Positions 50,531-59,743 of a stretch of 64,000 nucleotides of DNA are shown piece by piece. How positions within the stretch are numbered: the stretch's first letter is position 1; each line of letters starts with the position of its first letter. Source of the stretch: a virus; IMG/VR virus record IMGVR_UViG_3300024054_000008, positions 118,740 to 182,739 of that record; one strand, written 5' to 3'. Below the pieces are notes generated by a model. The model was not told the origin of the DNA. It was given only the letters and a program-made list of their open reading frames with translations, and made no database searches. Both the position numbers and the translations under genes were made by a program.

Positions 50531-50844
50531 ACCAAGACATGAGTTATTTGGTTCGAAGAATCGAACAGCATTTCAAATCGTTTGGTAATTGTGTGTACAT
50601 CAAATTTCGTTTTGGCGCAACCGATGTGCTATCGATTTTGATCGCGAGTGCGAACAACATCGAGAATTCATACGAACTCATGAAAATCGTTTCAGATTGT
50701 CTTGGAACGGATAAAATCAGCCAACACAACTGGAGCTCAGGCGGGTGTGACACTTGTGGTCATGGCAGCACCAATTATGTTGAGCTACACGTAGAAGGTT
50801 ATAATTTTGACCAACTCAAAGCCGCTGAAATTTTAGAAATTTAA
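50527..50844 (+). CDS. Hypothetical protein, C-terminal tag (AAEILEI)
   Basis: GGCDTCGHGS; signature. Confidence 0.7.
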   Translation: MNQDMSYLVRRIEQHFKSFGNCVYIKFRFGATDVLSILIASANNIENSYELMKIVSDCLGTDKISQHNWSSGGCDTCGHGSTNYVELHVEGYNFDQLKAAEILEI

Positions 50845-51152
50845 CTACAAGTTGTGTCAAATTCAGCGCAGGTCTTGGCATCTTTCCAACAAGAAACGTT
50901 GAGAACTGTGCCAGAGTTTATTAAATGCCGGCAAGCTTTCTCACACGTGTCTAGATTCTTGTCTTCTTGATTCTGCAATTCACCCAGGATATCAGCGCAC
51001 TTCAGCTCCTCTAGCCGTGCGCACCCGGCCACGCAATCGTCTGGCTTCTCTATCGGCATCGGTCGGTCCGCTGGGCGCGTCGGGCACGCCGAGACAGAAA
51101 ACAACGCGACAATTGCGCCCGCTCGCGCTAACTTAGACCTAAGTTGTCTCAT
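50841..51152 (-). CDS. Cys-rich lipoprotein
   Basis: AIVALFSVSAC lipobox-like; CVAGCARL..LKC, CEKAC, CAEF. Confidence 0.75.
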   Translation of the reverse strand: MRQLRSKLARAGAIVALFSVSACPTRPADRPMPIEKPDDCVAGCARLEELKCADILGELQNQEDKNLDTCEKACRHLINSGTVLNVSCWKDAKTCAEFDTTCS

Positions 51153-51970
51153 GTTCTCAGCGCCTTTCCTCTAGTAAACGTCCAGCCGTCCTCAGCTAAA
51201 CCTGAAGTAAACCACGCTGGAGTCAAATAAGCATAACCTCCATTTCTCCAGTCGGTACCCCATGAGTTCCTAATTTTTATGTTATCTCCGTATTTTCCAA
51301 CAGCACCTATGCAATGATATCCTATAATTTCTTCAGATTTACCTGGCGGTTGAATCAATTCCGGACCATCGTTTTCTTGAAATGAACTCGTAACTGGGAT
51401 TGCGAACACAACCGGTTGCTTTGCTAGCAAAGCTTTGTGGAAATCATCTAAAAGTTCATCTCCGGATGAGTCAAACCTGTAATAACTGTCGATTCGGTTT
51501 TTTAAAGCTCTGAAAGTTGCTTTCAAACTTGGTCGTCTATTGATGTTATTCAAATCGAACGGCCACATAGACTCTGGGCAAACGCCGCATTTACTAATGG
51601 CTTTCATTGCGGCTCGTATGAACATGCCTTCATCTTTTATTTCAAATTCTTTCATTTTACCTGAATCAATCAATTCTGCGTACATGATACAGCGGCCGTT
51701 CCAATAAATTTGGAGTCGCGATATATCTTCAACTTTTTCACCGTCCAGCGCTGTCGCCAGCTCGAACATGTCAGCCGTGCCGTTGGCGACGCACGACGAT
51801 GACCACGCTTGCTGGCTCACGGTCGTCATCGTGGCCTCGACCAGCTCGACCAGGTCGATGTCGCCTGAGCCAACAGAAAGCTTGGGCAGGAGTTCTTTAA
51901 ACGACCGATCTTGTGCGTCGTACGGGTCGCGTTGAAAACCACTTGGTTGAAAATTTGACATCGTATTCAC
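51149..51970 (-). CDS. Papain-like cysteine peptidase (C1 family)
   Basis: QQAWSSSCVANG; GYHCI; IRNSWGTDWRNGGYAYL. Confidence 0.92.
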   Translation of the reverse strand: MNTMSNFQPSGFQRDPYDAQDRSFKELLPKLSVGSGDIDLVELVEATMTTVSQQAWSSSCVANGTADMFELATALDGEKVEDISRLQIYWNGRCIMYAELIDSGKMKEFEIKDEGMFIRAAMKAISKCGVCPESMWPFDLNNINRRPSLKATFRALKNRIDSYYRFDSSGDELLDDFHKALLAKQPVVFAIPVTSSFQENDGPELIQPPGKSEEIIGYHCIGAVGKYGDNIKIRNSWGTDWRNGGYAYLTPAWFTSGLAEDGWTFTRGKALRT

Positions 51971-51987
51971 GATACCAAATCAAGAAT

Positions 51988-52299
51988 TTATGAATTTACA
52001 AGGTCCTGAGTCAACATGTCATTAATTGCATCCAGAATTCTTTCAACTGTAATTCCCCCATCGATTGGGAAAGTTTTTCCTAAAGCACGACTGGTTAATA
52101 TTGGCCTTCCGCCTGAGTTAATTTCACCGTCCGCAACACGAATCATAAATGCTGGAGAAAATCCACGTCCGTCGTAGATCGGGTCCCTTTGCATTAAGTA
52201 AACAACTTTTCCGCGAAAGGCAAAATACGGATCTCGTTTACCAAGCTCAAATCTAAGAATAGCTCGGCTGAAAACTTTGCGCTCAGCTTCCGTGATCAT
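51988..52299 (-). CDS. Hypothetical protein, C-terminal tag (TQDLVNS)
   Basis: ORF with signature. Confidence 0.7.
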   Translation of the reverse strand: MITEAERKVFSRAILRFELGKRDPYFAFRGKVVYLMQRDPIYDGRGFSPAFMIRVADGEINSGGRPILTSRALGKTFPIDGGITVERILDAINDMLTQDLVNS

Positions 52300-52709
52300 C
52301 CATCAATCACTTCTCTAGTTCGTTTGTAGAGCTTACCAACTGCAGAAACAAATGCACCCCAACCAAGGTGTTTTTTCATTTTCCATCCAATTGTGTAATT
52401 CATCCTTGCTTTAACTGCATTTTGAACAACATTTTTATAACCGTCAGATAGTGCTAGATTCCACAGGTACTTGGCGATTTTCTCGCTCATGAGAAAATTC
52501 AAAAATTCAGAGTATAAACATTCTTGTTCGACAATTACTGAACCAACATCTGAATCATGCAGTCCTCTGTTTATGAAGTCCTTGACTTCCAATTTAGAGT
52601 ACCATTCATTGATTTTGTCTTCTAACCCAATGTTATCAAAAAATGCGTTTAATAGCCCAAGACCAATAGCTTCTCCACCTGTTACACTTGAAATGTTAAC
52701 CCAATTCAT
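52296..52709 (-). CDS. Hypothetical protein, C-terminal tag (TREVIDG)
   Basis: ORF with signature. Confidence 0.7.
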   Translation of the reverse strand: MNWVNISSVTGGEAIGLGLLNAFFDNIGLEDKINEWYSKLEVKDFINRGLHDSDVGSVIVEQECLYSEFLNFLMSEKIAKYLWNLALSDGYKNVVQNAVKARMNYTIGWKMKKHLGWGAFVSAVGKLYKRTREVIDG

Positions 52710-53017
52710 TCGTCAGATTTGGTAAGAAGATCGAGAAGCTGCTTCTCGTTGATGATTTTCACACCCATCTGCTCGGCCTTGCGGAGCTTGTTGGACTTGG
52801 TTCCATCAATGGACCCAGTCGTCCAAACCTTGTTGGTGCAGAGGTAGTTTACACCCCAAGTGACAGCTTTCTCGAAAGTCATGCCGGCCATTTCAACGAT
52901 ACGTTGATAATCGTCCCTCGGCAAGCCAAGGTGACCAGTAAACGCAATGCGCTTGCCGCGTGTCCACTTCGTTGGGACCGGTTCGAGAACCTGAAGCGTT
53001 CTGGCTTCGTCAGACAT
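52706..53017 (-). CDS. Stand-alone BRCT domain protein
   Basis: IAFTGHL..R......VEMAG..V...VNYLCT...SNKLRKAEQMGVKIINE, as in the LigA C-terminal BRCT. Confidence 0.88.
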   Translation of the reverse strand: MSDEARTLQVLEPVPTKWTRGKRIAFTGHLGLPRDDYQRIVEMAGMTFEKAVTWGVNYLCTNKVWTTGSIDGTKSNKLRKAEQMGVKIINEKQLLDLLTKSDE

Positions 53018-53087
53018 CTCATTCTCTCTGGCCATGCTGACCTCCACAATCGATACGAACACGGAGCTCGGACTTGCAGTTATTGCA

Positions 53088-53826
53088 TCATCTGTCCAAG
53101 ACTTCACTAGTATAAATTTGTTCTAAAATGTCTTTCCATATGCGATCGATGTGACCTTCATCAATTAATTCTTTTTCACATAATTCTCTGAGTTCCAGAA
53201 CTTTTGAAGTCGTTGAACCCCTGCTTTCGAAATCAGGATGCGACGACACTAACACAGTAGATAATTTTTTAGCGAGTTTGATTGCGCTACGTGCCGAGTT
53301 TTCATTCATGTTTGTTTTCTGAAAAATTTTTGAACCATCTTGCCCGTATTTGTCAAAAACCCAATAGTTTGAAGATTTTGATGATCTAATATGGCCGAGA
53401 TTATACCCAGAATCCAATGAATGAATTCTTCCATATTCATTCATTTGTCGACTAGTATCAGAGGTTATATACACTTCCCTATGAACGACTGGTTGTGCTG
53501 AATAAGTGTTGTTTTCTGGATTAGCAAGTTTGATTATGATAGTCGATAAATTCGGCAGCTCTTCTTTTGAAGCTTCAACATATGGTGTGACGTGTGTCTT
53601 ACGGATAACATACGAATCCTGAGTTGTGTATGTCTTGTCACTATATCTTCCATATAATCCAGAAAATAGAACTCGCGTTTTCGGAATTCTTCCGTTTTCT
53701 AATTCTTTCAAATATTTTTCGGCAAATTTACCAAATCTAGCAAGTCTCTTTAAACCACGAATAAAGTCTATCGTCTCATCATCACCATGAATTTGCCCAA
53801 CAACGATGTCAGGAATTTTTTTTCAC
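53088..53826 (-). CDS. Hypothetical protein, tag (TSEVLDR); 5' end frameshifted in an A8 tract
   Basis: ORF track starts at 53711; removing one A at 53816-53823 opens it from a GTG at 53826 coupled to the upstream stop. Confidence 0.65.
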
Positions 53827-54263
53827 GATTCAATAACTTCCGTCGCTTTATATTCTCTATAAATTTCTTCGCAAGCACTAACGAAAGACTTTGCAAATAA
53901 CTTGGGTAACAATTCTAAATTAGAAAGGGAGACTTTTCGTTTAGAAAGAAAACATGACTCGTTAGCAAACATTCGTGCTTGATAAGCCGAAATTGTAACA
54001 GTTTTTGAATTTACATATACCTTGAACCTAAACGGCATATCTTTGTAAGCAACATCATCATCAAAATCATTAATCGTTTTCTTTAAAAAATTCGAAGCAA
54101 GCGCTTTTCTAATTTTCTTTCGCGTTTCACTTTCGAACTTTTCACGTGAAGCCGCGGCTTTTTTGCTTTTCTCAGAATTGAGTTTCTTCAACTCCCTTAT
54201 CAAGAGACGACCCTGGTTCGGATTCAAAGAATCAAAATAAGAAAGAACATCTGCTTTAGTCAC
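53823..54263 (-). CDS. Hypothetical protein, C-terminal tag (ATEVIES)
   Basis: N-terminus resembles 38759..39154; signature. Confidence 0.7.
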   Translation of the reverse strand: MTKADVLSYFDSLNPNQGRLLIRELKKLNSEKSKKAAASREKFESETRKKIRKALASNFLKKTINDFDDDVAYKDMPFRFKVYVNSKTVTISAYQARMFANESCFLSKRKVSLSNLELLPKLFAKSFVSACEEIYREYKATEVIES

Positions 54264-54514
54264 GGTACGACCTCACAGAATAATAAAACTAACACTAAAT
54301 CAGTGACTGGAATGTGTGTTAGTTGCGAAGCCGACGACAGACCGACGCCAGCTTCAGCATGCCATGTTCGAGTTTTCACCTTGTAATTTTTCCCGCCAAA
54401 TCTCACGATATCATCAACATCAGGTGCTGCACGTGCTCTACCATCAAACACTGGTATAAACTCACCACCATCTTGAATGAGAACTGAGTACCTAAGCAAT
54501 GTGTCGCTGGTCAA
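54260..54514 (-). CDS. Small hypothetical protein
   Basis: Coupled ORF. Confidence 0.6.
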   Translation of the reverse strand: MTSDTLLRYSVLIQDGGEFIPVFDGRARAAPDVDDIVRFGGKNYKVKTRTWHAEAGVGLSSASQLTHIPVTDLVLVLLFCEVVP

Positions 54515-54834
54515 TTTACGTCTCCGTCTGAGAAGTACCTTGCAAAGACGTCCGGCCCTTGCCCGCGAACGATGAAAGACATCTTCCCAGATGTCACTTC
54601 GTACTTTTGGAAAATCGGCTCTGTCACCGTTCCTCTTGCAACCATTGGGACGTGTTTGGCTGATCTCAAATTTGCAAGATCTTTTTCCGTAAAGCGCGTA
54701 TTTGTGCGCATATTCATCGGTGCCTTCGTCATAAACAAGAACTTCAAAAAATCAAGCAATTCGTCGAATTCCTCCTCACTCATCACAATTGATGTCAAAG
54801 TTTCTCCATCGAAGACGAACTCATGTTTGGTCAT
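54511..54834 (-). CDS. Hypothetical protein
   Basis: GGAGGT SD; promoter 54855-54879. Confidence 0.75.
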   Translation of the reverse strand: MTKHEFVFDGETLTSIVMSEEEFDELLDFLKFLFMTKAPMNMRTNTRFTEKDLANLRSAKHVPMVARGTVTEPIFQKYEVTSGKMSFIVRGQGPDVFARYFSDGDVN

Positions 54835-54854
54835 TGCACACCTCCATCATCCGG

Positions 54855-54879
54855 TACGCACGAGCCAGCCGCAGCTCCG
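54855..54879 (-). promoter_or_regulatory. ECF-like promoter CGGAGC-N15-CGTA
   Basis: Motif match followed by GGAGGT. Confidence 0.7.
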
Positions 54880-54888
54880 ATGAACAGA

Positions 54889-55443
54889 TCAGCCTTCTAG
54901 AATTTCTTCAGTAAGAGCCTCTTTGAAAAGAATCTTTATTTCGTCCTCCGATAAACCGATATTAAGAGCGTATTTCAAATTGGCTCTAATTGCAGATTTT
55001 ACTTTTGTTTTCAAAACTGCTACTCTGGCATCTTTTCTTTTACCAGAATCGACAACTTTCATGGCTTCGTTAATGGCTTGCCTGTAAAGCCACTTACCAT
55101 GTTCAAACAAATTTTCTTCTTCAATCAACATTTCTGAAACATATGTCATATGTGACGCAATAAACCCGTTACCTTCACCAATCATTTGCTTTTTCGCAAG
55201 TGGTGTAAAAATCGAATTAAACAACTCCTCTACCATGCTGTTCGATGGATCTTTCTCGAATTGGTTTTTGACAAACCCCTCCGTAAAAGAAATGCGGGCA
55301 GTCCTTCTGGACTCACCCATACGAAATCGGACTTGAATTTGCAAGGCATGCCTTGTCGGACTTGCCGAAATGACAATTGCATTTGGCAGCTCCTTGAGAG
55401 CCTCAGTTTTGATGGTTTCAAAAAGTTCTTTATGATTTCTCAT
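54889..55443 (-). CDS. Hypothetical protein, extended module and tag (TEEILEG)
   Basis: GLSEDEIKILFKEALTEEILEG. Confidence 0.8.
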   Translation of the reverse strand: MRNHKELFETIKTEALKELPNAIVISASPTRHALQIQVRFRMGESRRTARISFTEGFVKNQFEKDPSNSMVEELFNSIFTPLAKKQMIGEGNGFIASHMTYVSEMLIEEENLFEHGKWLYRQAINEAMKVVDSGKRKDARVAVLKTKVKSAIRANLKYALNIGLSEDEIKILFKEALTEEILEG

Positions 55444-55461
55444 AATCTTCCTCCTAAGTGC

Positions 55462-55501
55462 AGAGGGGCTGGGCCCGTTTCCGAACCCAGCCCCTCTTTT
55501 T
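55462..55501. terminator. Hairpin with U-tract
   Basis: agaggggctggg/cccagcccctct followed by ttttt. Confidence 0.7.
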
Positions 55502-56349
55502 CAGTTGGAGGTGGCACTTTCTTTCTTTTTGATGCGGACGGCCTTGCCGTCGGGAGTCTTCAGACAAAGACCGCTGTAGAACTTGTTGAGCAAGTCCCAC
55601 ACTTTTCGTTTCTCAGCCTTCGGGAAAACCATCCCCTTGTCGGTCTTCGAGAAGTACGTTGCCGGGAACGCCTGTCGGAATTCGTACGCCCAACGCGGAT
55701 TGTACTCGCTTTTCTTGATCCAAATTGCGAAGAAATTCGGGTTCCCCTCGGACTCTTTGATGGAAGCGATGCAAAGAGTCTCACGGAGCTTGGAAGCGAG
55801 AGTGTAGAAGCCCAACGCATCGAGAGCGTCCGTGCAGGCATCGTGCACTTCAGTACGCCGATTCAGAGAACAGATCCTCACGATCCCGTTCATGAGTTTG
55901 TGGGCGTGCCCCTTCTCGACACCACCAGCGTTCTTGACGAGGTAATCGACCAGATGCGGCCACTTTCCGAGCATGATCATGGCCTCGATCGGGTCGCAAG
56001 ATCCCTCCGGCTCTTCCGTGTAGCCCTTCTTTGAGCAGATCGGGCCAATTCCCCTTTGAACAGAGATGGCGTCCGTGAGCTTGAGACTGCAGTGGGCGCA
56101 GTGTGAGCAGACGCCTTCGAGTACGATCCGGTGTTTACGAGCGGCCTCGTCCAGCACATCCTGGCTGAACATGACGACCCCTTCGTAACCGGCCGGCGCT
56201 TCGCGCACCTTGTCCACTTCCTCCGGATTCAAAAGCGGGGCCTGCTCTGGGGGAACCTCTTCTTGCGGCAGAACCTGAAGCTGCTCCTGCTTGGAAGCCT
56301 GTTCCTTGTCGACCTCCTCGATCAAGTTCAGAAGCTCGTCATTGGTCAT
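55501..56349 (-). CDS. DUF6011-like zinc-finger protein
   Basis: CAHCSLKLTDAISVQRGIGPICSKK. Confidence 0.75.
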   Translation of the reverse strand: MTNDELLNLIEEVDKEQASKQEQLQVLPQEEVPPEQAPLLNPEEVDKVREAPAGYEGVVMFSQDVLDEAARKHRIVLEGVCSHCAHCSLKLTDAISVQRGIGPICSKKGYTEEPEGSCDPIEAMIMLGKWPHLVDYLVKNAGGVEKGHAHKLMNGIVRICSLNRRTEVHDACTDALDALGFYTLASKLRETLCIASIKESEGNPNFFAIWIKKSEYNPRWAYEFRQAFPATYFSKTDKGMVFPKAEKRKVWDLLNKFYSGLCLKTPDGKAVRIKKKESATSN

Positions 56350-56594
56350 TGGTCACCTCCAACGGCCGATACGCCTGTGGCTTGTCGACTTGCGGCTAGG
56401 CATCTATATGCCAACTCTGTATGTGCTCTGTGCCCCGCACTTGTTTGGGCCTCTTCGGCACCACAATTCTTGCACTCTCTAATTGAGCCAAATCTTGATG
56501 TTTCTAGGAGTGTAACGATAGCGCTTTCCCACTCGGTCATTTCATGGGTTGGGTGCGGAACCCAGTCCTTTGAACACTGAATATCATCAGACAT
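56346..56594 (-). CDS. Small Cys/His-containing protein
   Basis: CKNCG; upper strand of promoter overlaps its 3' end. Confidence 0.5.
   Translation of the reverse strand: MSDDIQCSKDWVPHPTHEMTEWESAIVTLLETSRFGSIRECKNCGAEEAQTSAGHRAHTELAYRCLAASRQATGVSAVGGDQ
56370..56394 (-). promoter_or_regulatory. ECF-like promoter CGCAAG-N15-CGTA
   Basis: Motif match followed by GGAGGT. Confidence 0.7.
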
Positions 56595-56597
56595 CAG

Positions 56598-56942
56598 TTA
56601 GCCTTTCGGCACCGCGTGAATCACTTCAAGAGAGAGAAGCTGCCCGAGGTTTGGGTTGTATGTGCGCCAAGCACCGCGGGTTTTCGAACCATCTTTGTTG
56701 ATGGTGTCTCTGGTATCTGCGAACACCCGTACGCAAAGGTCGCCCTTCTTGGACTCCCATACCTGAGAAAGCGCTCCGAGAACGTGGCGTTTCGCGATAC
56801 CCTCTTCGCGAACCGTCCGTTCGGCTTCGAGCAAAGCCCTCTCAGTTGGTTCTTTCCCAGCAAGGTAACTCAAAAAGAGCAGGCTCCCGGGGCCAACGTC
56901 TTTGAGGATCTCGCTCACATCATCGGCTGTCAAAACACGCAT
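56598..56942 (-). CDS. Hypothetical protein
   Basis: GGAGGT SD; promoter 56963-56987. Confidence 0.75.
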   Translation of the reverse strand: MRVLTADDVSEILKDVGPGSLLFLSYLAGKEPTERALLEAERTVREEGIAKRHVLGALSQVWESKKGDLCVRVFADTRDTINKDGSKTRGAWRTYNPNLGQLLSLEVIHAVPKG

Positions 56943-56962
56943 CGTGCACCTCCATTGGCCGA

Positions 56963-56987
56963 TACGCACGAGAAGCCGCGGCTTCCG
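56963..56987 (-). promoter_or_regulatory. ECF-like promoter CGGAAG-N15-CGTA
   Basis: Motif match followed by GGAGGT. Confidence 0.72.
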
Positions 56988-57008
56988 TTTACTATAAAAT
57001 TACATCAA

Positions 57009-57515
57009 CTACAAATTCAGTAATTCTTCAGTTTTTTGTTCATTTGTAACTTTTTTCCAAACGTGCAATATTTTGTTTATGTGAATTTTACGATACGCTG
57101 CTTTTTGAAAAGCCGTTTCAATTTCAGATAGAACCCGTTCATTTTCATATTCATTGGATCTCTTTTTGATCAAAGACTGCATCTTCTTTGACTTATTAAA
57201 TTTAAGTTCTTTAGTGCTAATTGCACCTATAAATTCAGATGATTTATGTATTAACGTATTGTATGCTTTCGTGTTTTTAATTGTTGGTTGCGAGGCCCCG
57301 GCTGCTAATCTTAAAACGTTATACGCAACTGCATTAAGGTTCAAGCCTTTGTATTTAATAGTTCTTGATTTACTGAAGGAGAATGATCTTGTTTTGTCAT
57401 CTAATACCAGGGTAACCCTGGCTATTACGTATACTGTGCGGGAGTATCTGATATAGAACTTGACGTCCTGAATTCGGACGCGCGAAATTCTATCTGACAG
57501 CTCTCGCAGTTCCAT
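57009..57515 (-). CDS. Basic hypothetical protein, C-terminal tag (TEELLNL)
   Basis: ORF with signature. Confidence 0.7.
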   Translation of the reverse strand: MELRELSDRISRVRIQDVKFYIRYSRTVYVIARVTLVLDDKTRSFSFSKSRTIKYKGLNLNAVAYNVLRLAAGASQPTIKNTKAYNTLIHKSSEFIGAISTKELKFNKSKKMQSLIKKRSNEYENERVLSEIETAFQKAAYRKIHINKILHVWKKVTNEQKTEELLNL

Positions 57516-57539
57516 ATCAGTCCTTGATCAAAGATTCCG

Positions 57540-57986
57540 TCATGATTCTATTACACTTTTGGTCGTTTGAAGCTGGCTTGCAAATTGGTTGATTTCTTTC
57601 TTGTGAGTCTTCCACCAACGACTATCCTTCAGTTCTTCACCAAGCATATTGCATATCGAATGTACAATAAATTTATCCCAATCATATTGAAATCTGTCCA
57701 TCAACTCTTGCATGAGCCAGTTGGCAAAATCAGCATTTTTTTGCTCGTGTCGGCTGTTTGATTGGACAACATCCAAAATAAAATTGACAAGTTCACATCT
57801 GTCATAAACCCACCGCCCAACGTCTTTGATTTGTCTAGAACCTTTAGTGTATTTAAGCATGTCTTCATAGCCAAATTTTTCAATTGTGTTGTAAATTTCA
57901 TCCCTTTTTGATATTACAACCCATTCAGCAATTGCCTCAGGCAGACCATGTAGGACTTGTTGTTTCCAGTATCCCTTATGCGCCAT
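57540..57986 (-). CDS. Hypothetical protein, C-terminal tag (TKSVIES)
   Basis: Promoter 58009-58033; signature. Confidence 0.75.
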   Translation of the reverse strand: MAHKGYWKQQVLHGLPEAIAEWVVISKRDEIYNTIEKFGYEDMLKYTKGSRQIKDVGRWVYDRCELVNFILDVVQSNSRHEQKNADFANWLMQELMDRFQYDWDKFIVHSICNMLGEELKDSRWWKTHKKEINQFASQLQTTKSVIES

Positions 57987-58008
57987 TCAGATACGCCTCA
58001 CCGTCCAG

Positions 58009-58033
58009 TACGGACGAAAACCGGACAACTTCG
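58009..58033 (-). promoter_or_regulatory. ECF-like promoter CGAAGT-N15-CGTA
   Basis: Motif match. Confidence 0.6.
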
Positions 58034-58042
58034 GTCGCTCAA

Positions 58043-58642
58043 TCATTCTTCGATCACTGAACGTGCAAATTCTTCATGAACCAAATTTACAATTTCTTCT
58101 TCAGTTAGATAGCTTGAAACGTTCTTGAGTGTAGACCGAAGTGACGTTACGGCACCGCGTTTTTTGCGTTCTGGTTGTAATTTTAATTGATTTTCCATAA
58201 ACTTTTCAAGTCTTCTACTGGCGTCAGCTGAATTTTCATAATCTTTTATGAATTTCATAATCTTATCGTAATTGTCGTTTATAAGATCTTCACCGACGCC
58301 ATCTGTTAATGAGATTGCGATTAATCCGTTTGCTTCTTGAAAAGCCGAGAAGTCAAATTTTATATTTTTAGGAATTGTGTCATTCAGTTTTGATACACCA
58401 AGTAAACTTAAAGAATGTTTTGGTGTTGTTTTGAGAATATTCAATACAGCAAAATTTGTTTTCAATTCAACATACCCGATAAATTTGTAGTGTGGACCAA
58501 TCCGTGTAATTCTACCTTTTGGTTTCTTTGGGAGTTTGAAATTGGACCAAAATTCTTTTAACTCATTAATTACGATCTTATATTCATCAGATTTATACAT
58601 CAAATTGTATAAATCACTAGCTCCATACTCACGTTTTTTCAT
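58043..58642 (-). CDS. Hypothetical protein, extended module and tag (ARSVIEE)
   Basis: YLTEEEIVNLVHEEFARSVIEE. Confidence 0.75.
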   Translation of the reverse strand: MKKREYGASDLYNLMYKSDEYKIVINELKEFWSNFKLPKKPKGRITRIGPHYKFIGYVELKTNFAVLNILKTTPKHSLSLLGVSKLNDTIPKNIKFDFSAFQEANGLIAISLTDGVGEDLINDNYDKIMKFIKDYENSADASRRLEKFMENQLKLQPERKKRGAVTSLRSTLKNVSSYLTEEEIVNLVHEEFARSVIEE

Positions 58643-59358
58643 CCGGACCTCACCGCGTTGGTTTTTGCAAGATTTTGTGCATCTTGAACGTCCTCAATTT
58701 TGATAAAACCCAAATCTGCTTGGTTTCGTTTGGCAAAAGCATAAAGTTTTTTAGCATTAATCATGTTATTTTCACAAACCCTCAAGAAAGAAATCACATC
58801 ATTTGGGTTAATGTCCATCAAATCGAGATCTTTCAAAAAATACTCAAATTTCTTGACAAATTTTCTTCTTTCGCGATCAATGTTTTTTTGGTTGCTTGAC
58901 CATTCTTCAAAAATCGAATCTTTGTCTTTGATGATTCTTTTCTCAATTGATTTAACATCGTCAAGATGTTTCTTGGCTTTGTCTTCAATACCGTCCAAAA
59001 AGATGGCCCAAATTTGATGAGAAGAATGGATTAAACCGTCATGTCTAGTAGCATAGTATGAATTAAGTCTGGAAATATTAGTTGAAAAATTTGGGCTACT
59101 GTTTCTATCGAAAGAAAATGGATTGACCAAAATTTTGAAATTGTCGTGGACTAGAAAAATTTGTGGGATGATTGAAAAATTTTCTGAAACTGCAAAATCT
59201 CCAGTTTTGCTTTTTGAAATTTTTGGTTTCTTTTCTACAATTTTTCCAAATTCGATGGCTTGACGCCAACACCAAACTTCTTCCAAAATTTCATCTCGAA
59301 TACTTCTATCAGAGACATACGGGCCCATTTTCGCGCAAAATTCGTCAAAATCAACCAT
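58639..59358 (-). CDS. Hypothetical protein, near-match tag (TNAVRSG)
   Basis: MVDFDEFCAKMG start resembles the EFxxK(Y/F)G family. Confidence 0.75.
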   Translation of the reverse strand: MVDFDEFCAKMGPYVSDRSIRDEILEEVWCWRQAIEFGKIVEKKPKISKSKTGDFAVSENFSIIPQIFLVHDNFKILVNPFSFDRNSSPNFSTNISRLNSYYATRHDGLIHSSHQIWAIFLDGIEDKAKKHLDDVKSIEKRIIKDKDSIFEEWSSNQKNIDRERRKFVKKFEYFLKDLDLMDINPNDVISFLRVCENNMINAKKLYAFAKRNQADLGFIKIEDVQDAQNLAKTNAVRSG

Positions 59359-59653
59359 CGAGAACCTCGTTTGAGATGTTCATTTCTTTCATGTGTTCGA
59401 TAGCCTCTTCCCTGCTGAAAAATACCATCGAGTCTTCGTAAGTGACTTGGGCTTCTCTGATCATATTTTCGAAGCTTTGATGAAGTTTGACACCAACGGA
59501 ATCAAGCGAATATTTGAAGCCAGGTGGATTGTTTTCTTGAAAATATACAACCCAGACAGTTTTCAAGGGGGAACGTTCCCTTCGACGAAGTTCGTTCTTC
59601 TCCCACCAAGAACCGGGTGGCGGAAGGCCCTTGCGCTTCCAATACGGAATCAC
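59351..59653 (-). CDS. Hypothetical protein, C-terminal tag (SNEVLDG)
   Basis: Promoter 59667-59691; signature. Confidence 0.7.
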   Translation of the reverse strand: MIPYWKRKGLPPPGSWWEKNELRRRERSPLKTVWVVYFQENNPPGFKYSLDSVGVKLHQSFENMIREAQVTYEDSMVFFSREEAIEHMKEMNISNEVLDG

Positions 59654-59666
59654 GACTACTGAACGA

Positions 59667-59691
59667 TACGGTCACCGTGCTGGCGCTTCCG
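59667..59691 (-). promoter_or_regulatory. ECF-like promoter CGGAAG-N15-CGTA
   Basis: Motif match. Confidence 0.7.
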
Positions 59692-59743
59692 TTGACTATA
59701 TAAATTTACGAAAATTTTAATTTTAACGAGTGTAGACTTAAAT

